From assembly GCF_009914755.1 (NCBI RefSeq), contig NC_060947.1: DNA of 64,000 nucleotides; one strand, written 5' to 3'. The DNA comes from the human T2T-CHM13v2.0 reference genome, Homo sapiens. Numbering within the stretch: the stretch's first letter is position 1; every line of letters begins with the position of its first letter. Positions 63,831 to 64,000 of the stretch are shown here, in pieces. The notes under the pieces were generated by a model. It had not been told where the DNA came from, did not search any database, and saw only the letters and a program-made list of their open reading frames with translations. Both the position numbers and the translations under genes were made by a program.

Positions 63831-63879
63831 TTTTTTCTCTTTTTGCTTTCTTTTTTTCATTTTCATTATTTTGTGTGTG

Positions 63880-64000
63880 TGCGTACATAGTAGATGTATA
63901 TGTTTATGGGGTACGTGAGATAGTTTTGATGAGGCATGTAGTGCATAATAATCCCATCAGGGTAAATAGAGTACCCATCACCTCAAGCATTTATCCTTTG
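63880..64000 (-). mobile_element. L1 (L1MA/L1PB) 3' end, runs off the window
   Basis: tatggggtacgtgagata...ccatcacctcaagcatttatc. Confidence 0.8.

Overview
Human/primate X-chromosome genomic DNA (Xq22.1 by gene content). The + strand carries the last eight coding exons (probably exons 17-24) and a ~3.9-kb 3'UTR of DRP2 (dystrophin-related protein 2). The - strand carries the complete, convergent TAF7L gene: 13 coding exons and two alternative first exons/promoters. I spliced it by hand to a 460-aa long isoform, 2 aa shorter than the 462-aa reference I recall, apparently in the acidic Glu-Asp repeat. The rest (about 41.3-64 kb) is intergenic and dense in Alu and L1. It also contains an RNY4 retropseudogene, THE1 and MLT1 LTRs, and Tigger/MER DNA transposons. 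Almost all ORFs in the supplied track are Alu/L1 or microsatellite artefacts. I found no clear new biological system. The most interesting leads are: a decayed non-LTR reverse-transcriptase fossil antisense in the DRP2 3'UTR; exon-like, phase-compatible unique-sequence islands upstream of TAF7L (possible lost gene); a TAF7L-specific 42-nt exon embedded in a local duplication; a young AluY arm nested between the two TAF7L promoters; and several templated-insertion or fold-back repair scars. Repeat boundaries are approximate and subfamily names were called by eye.
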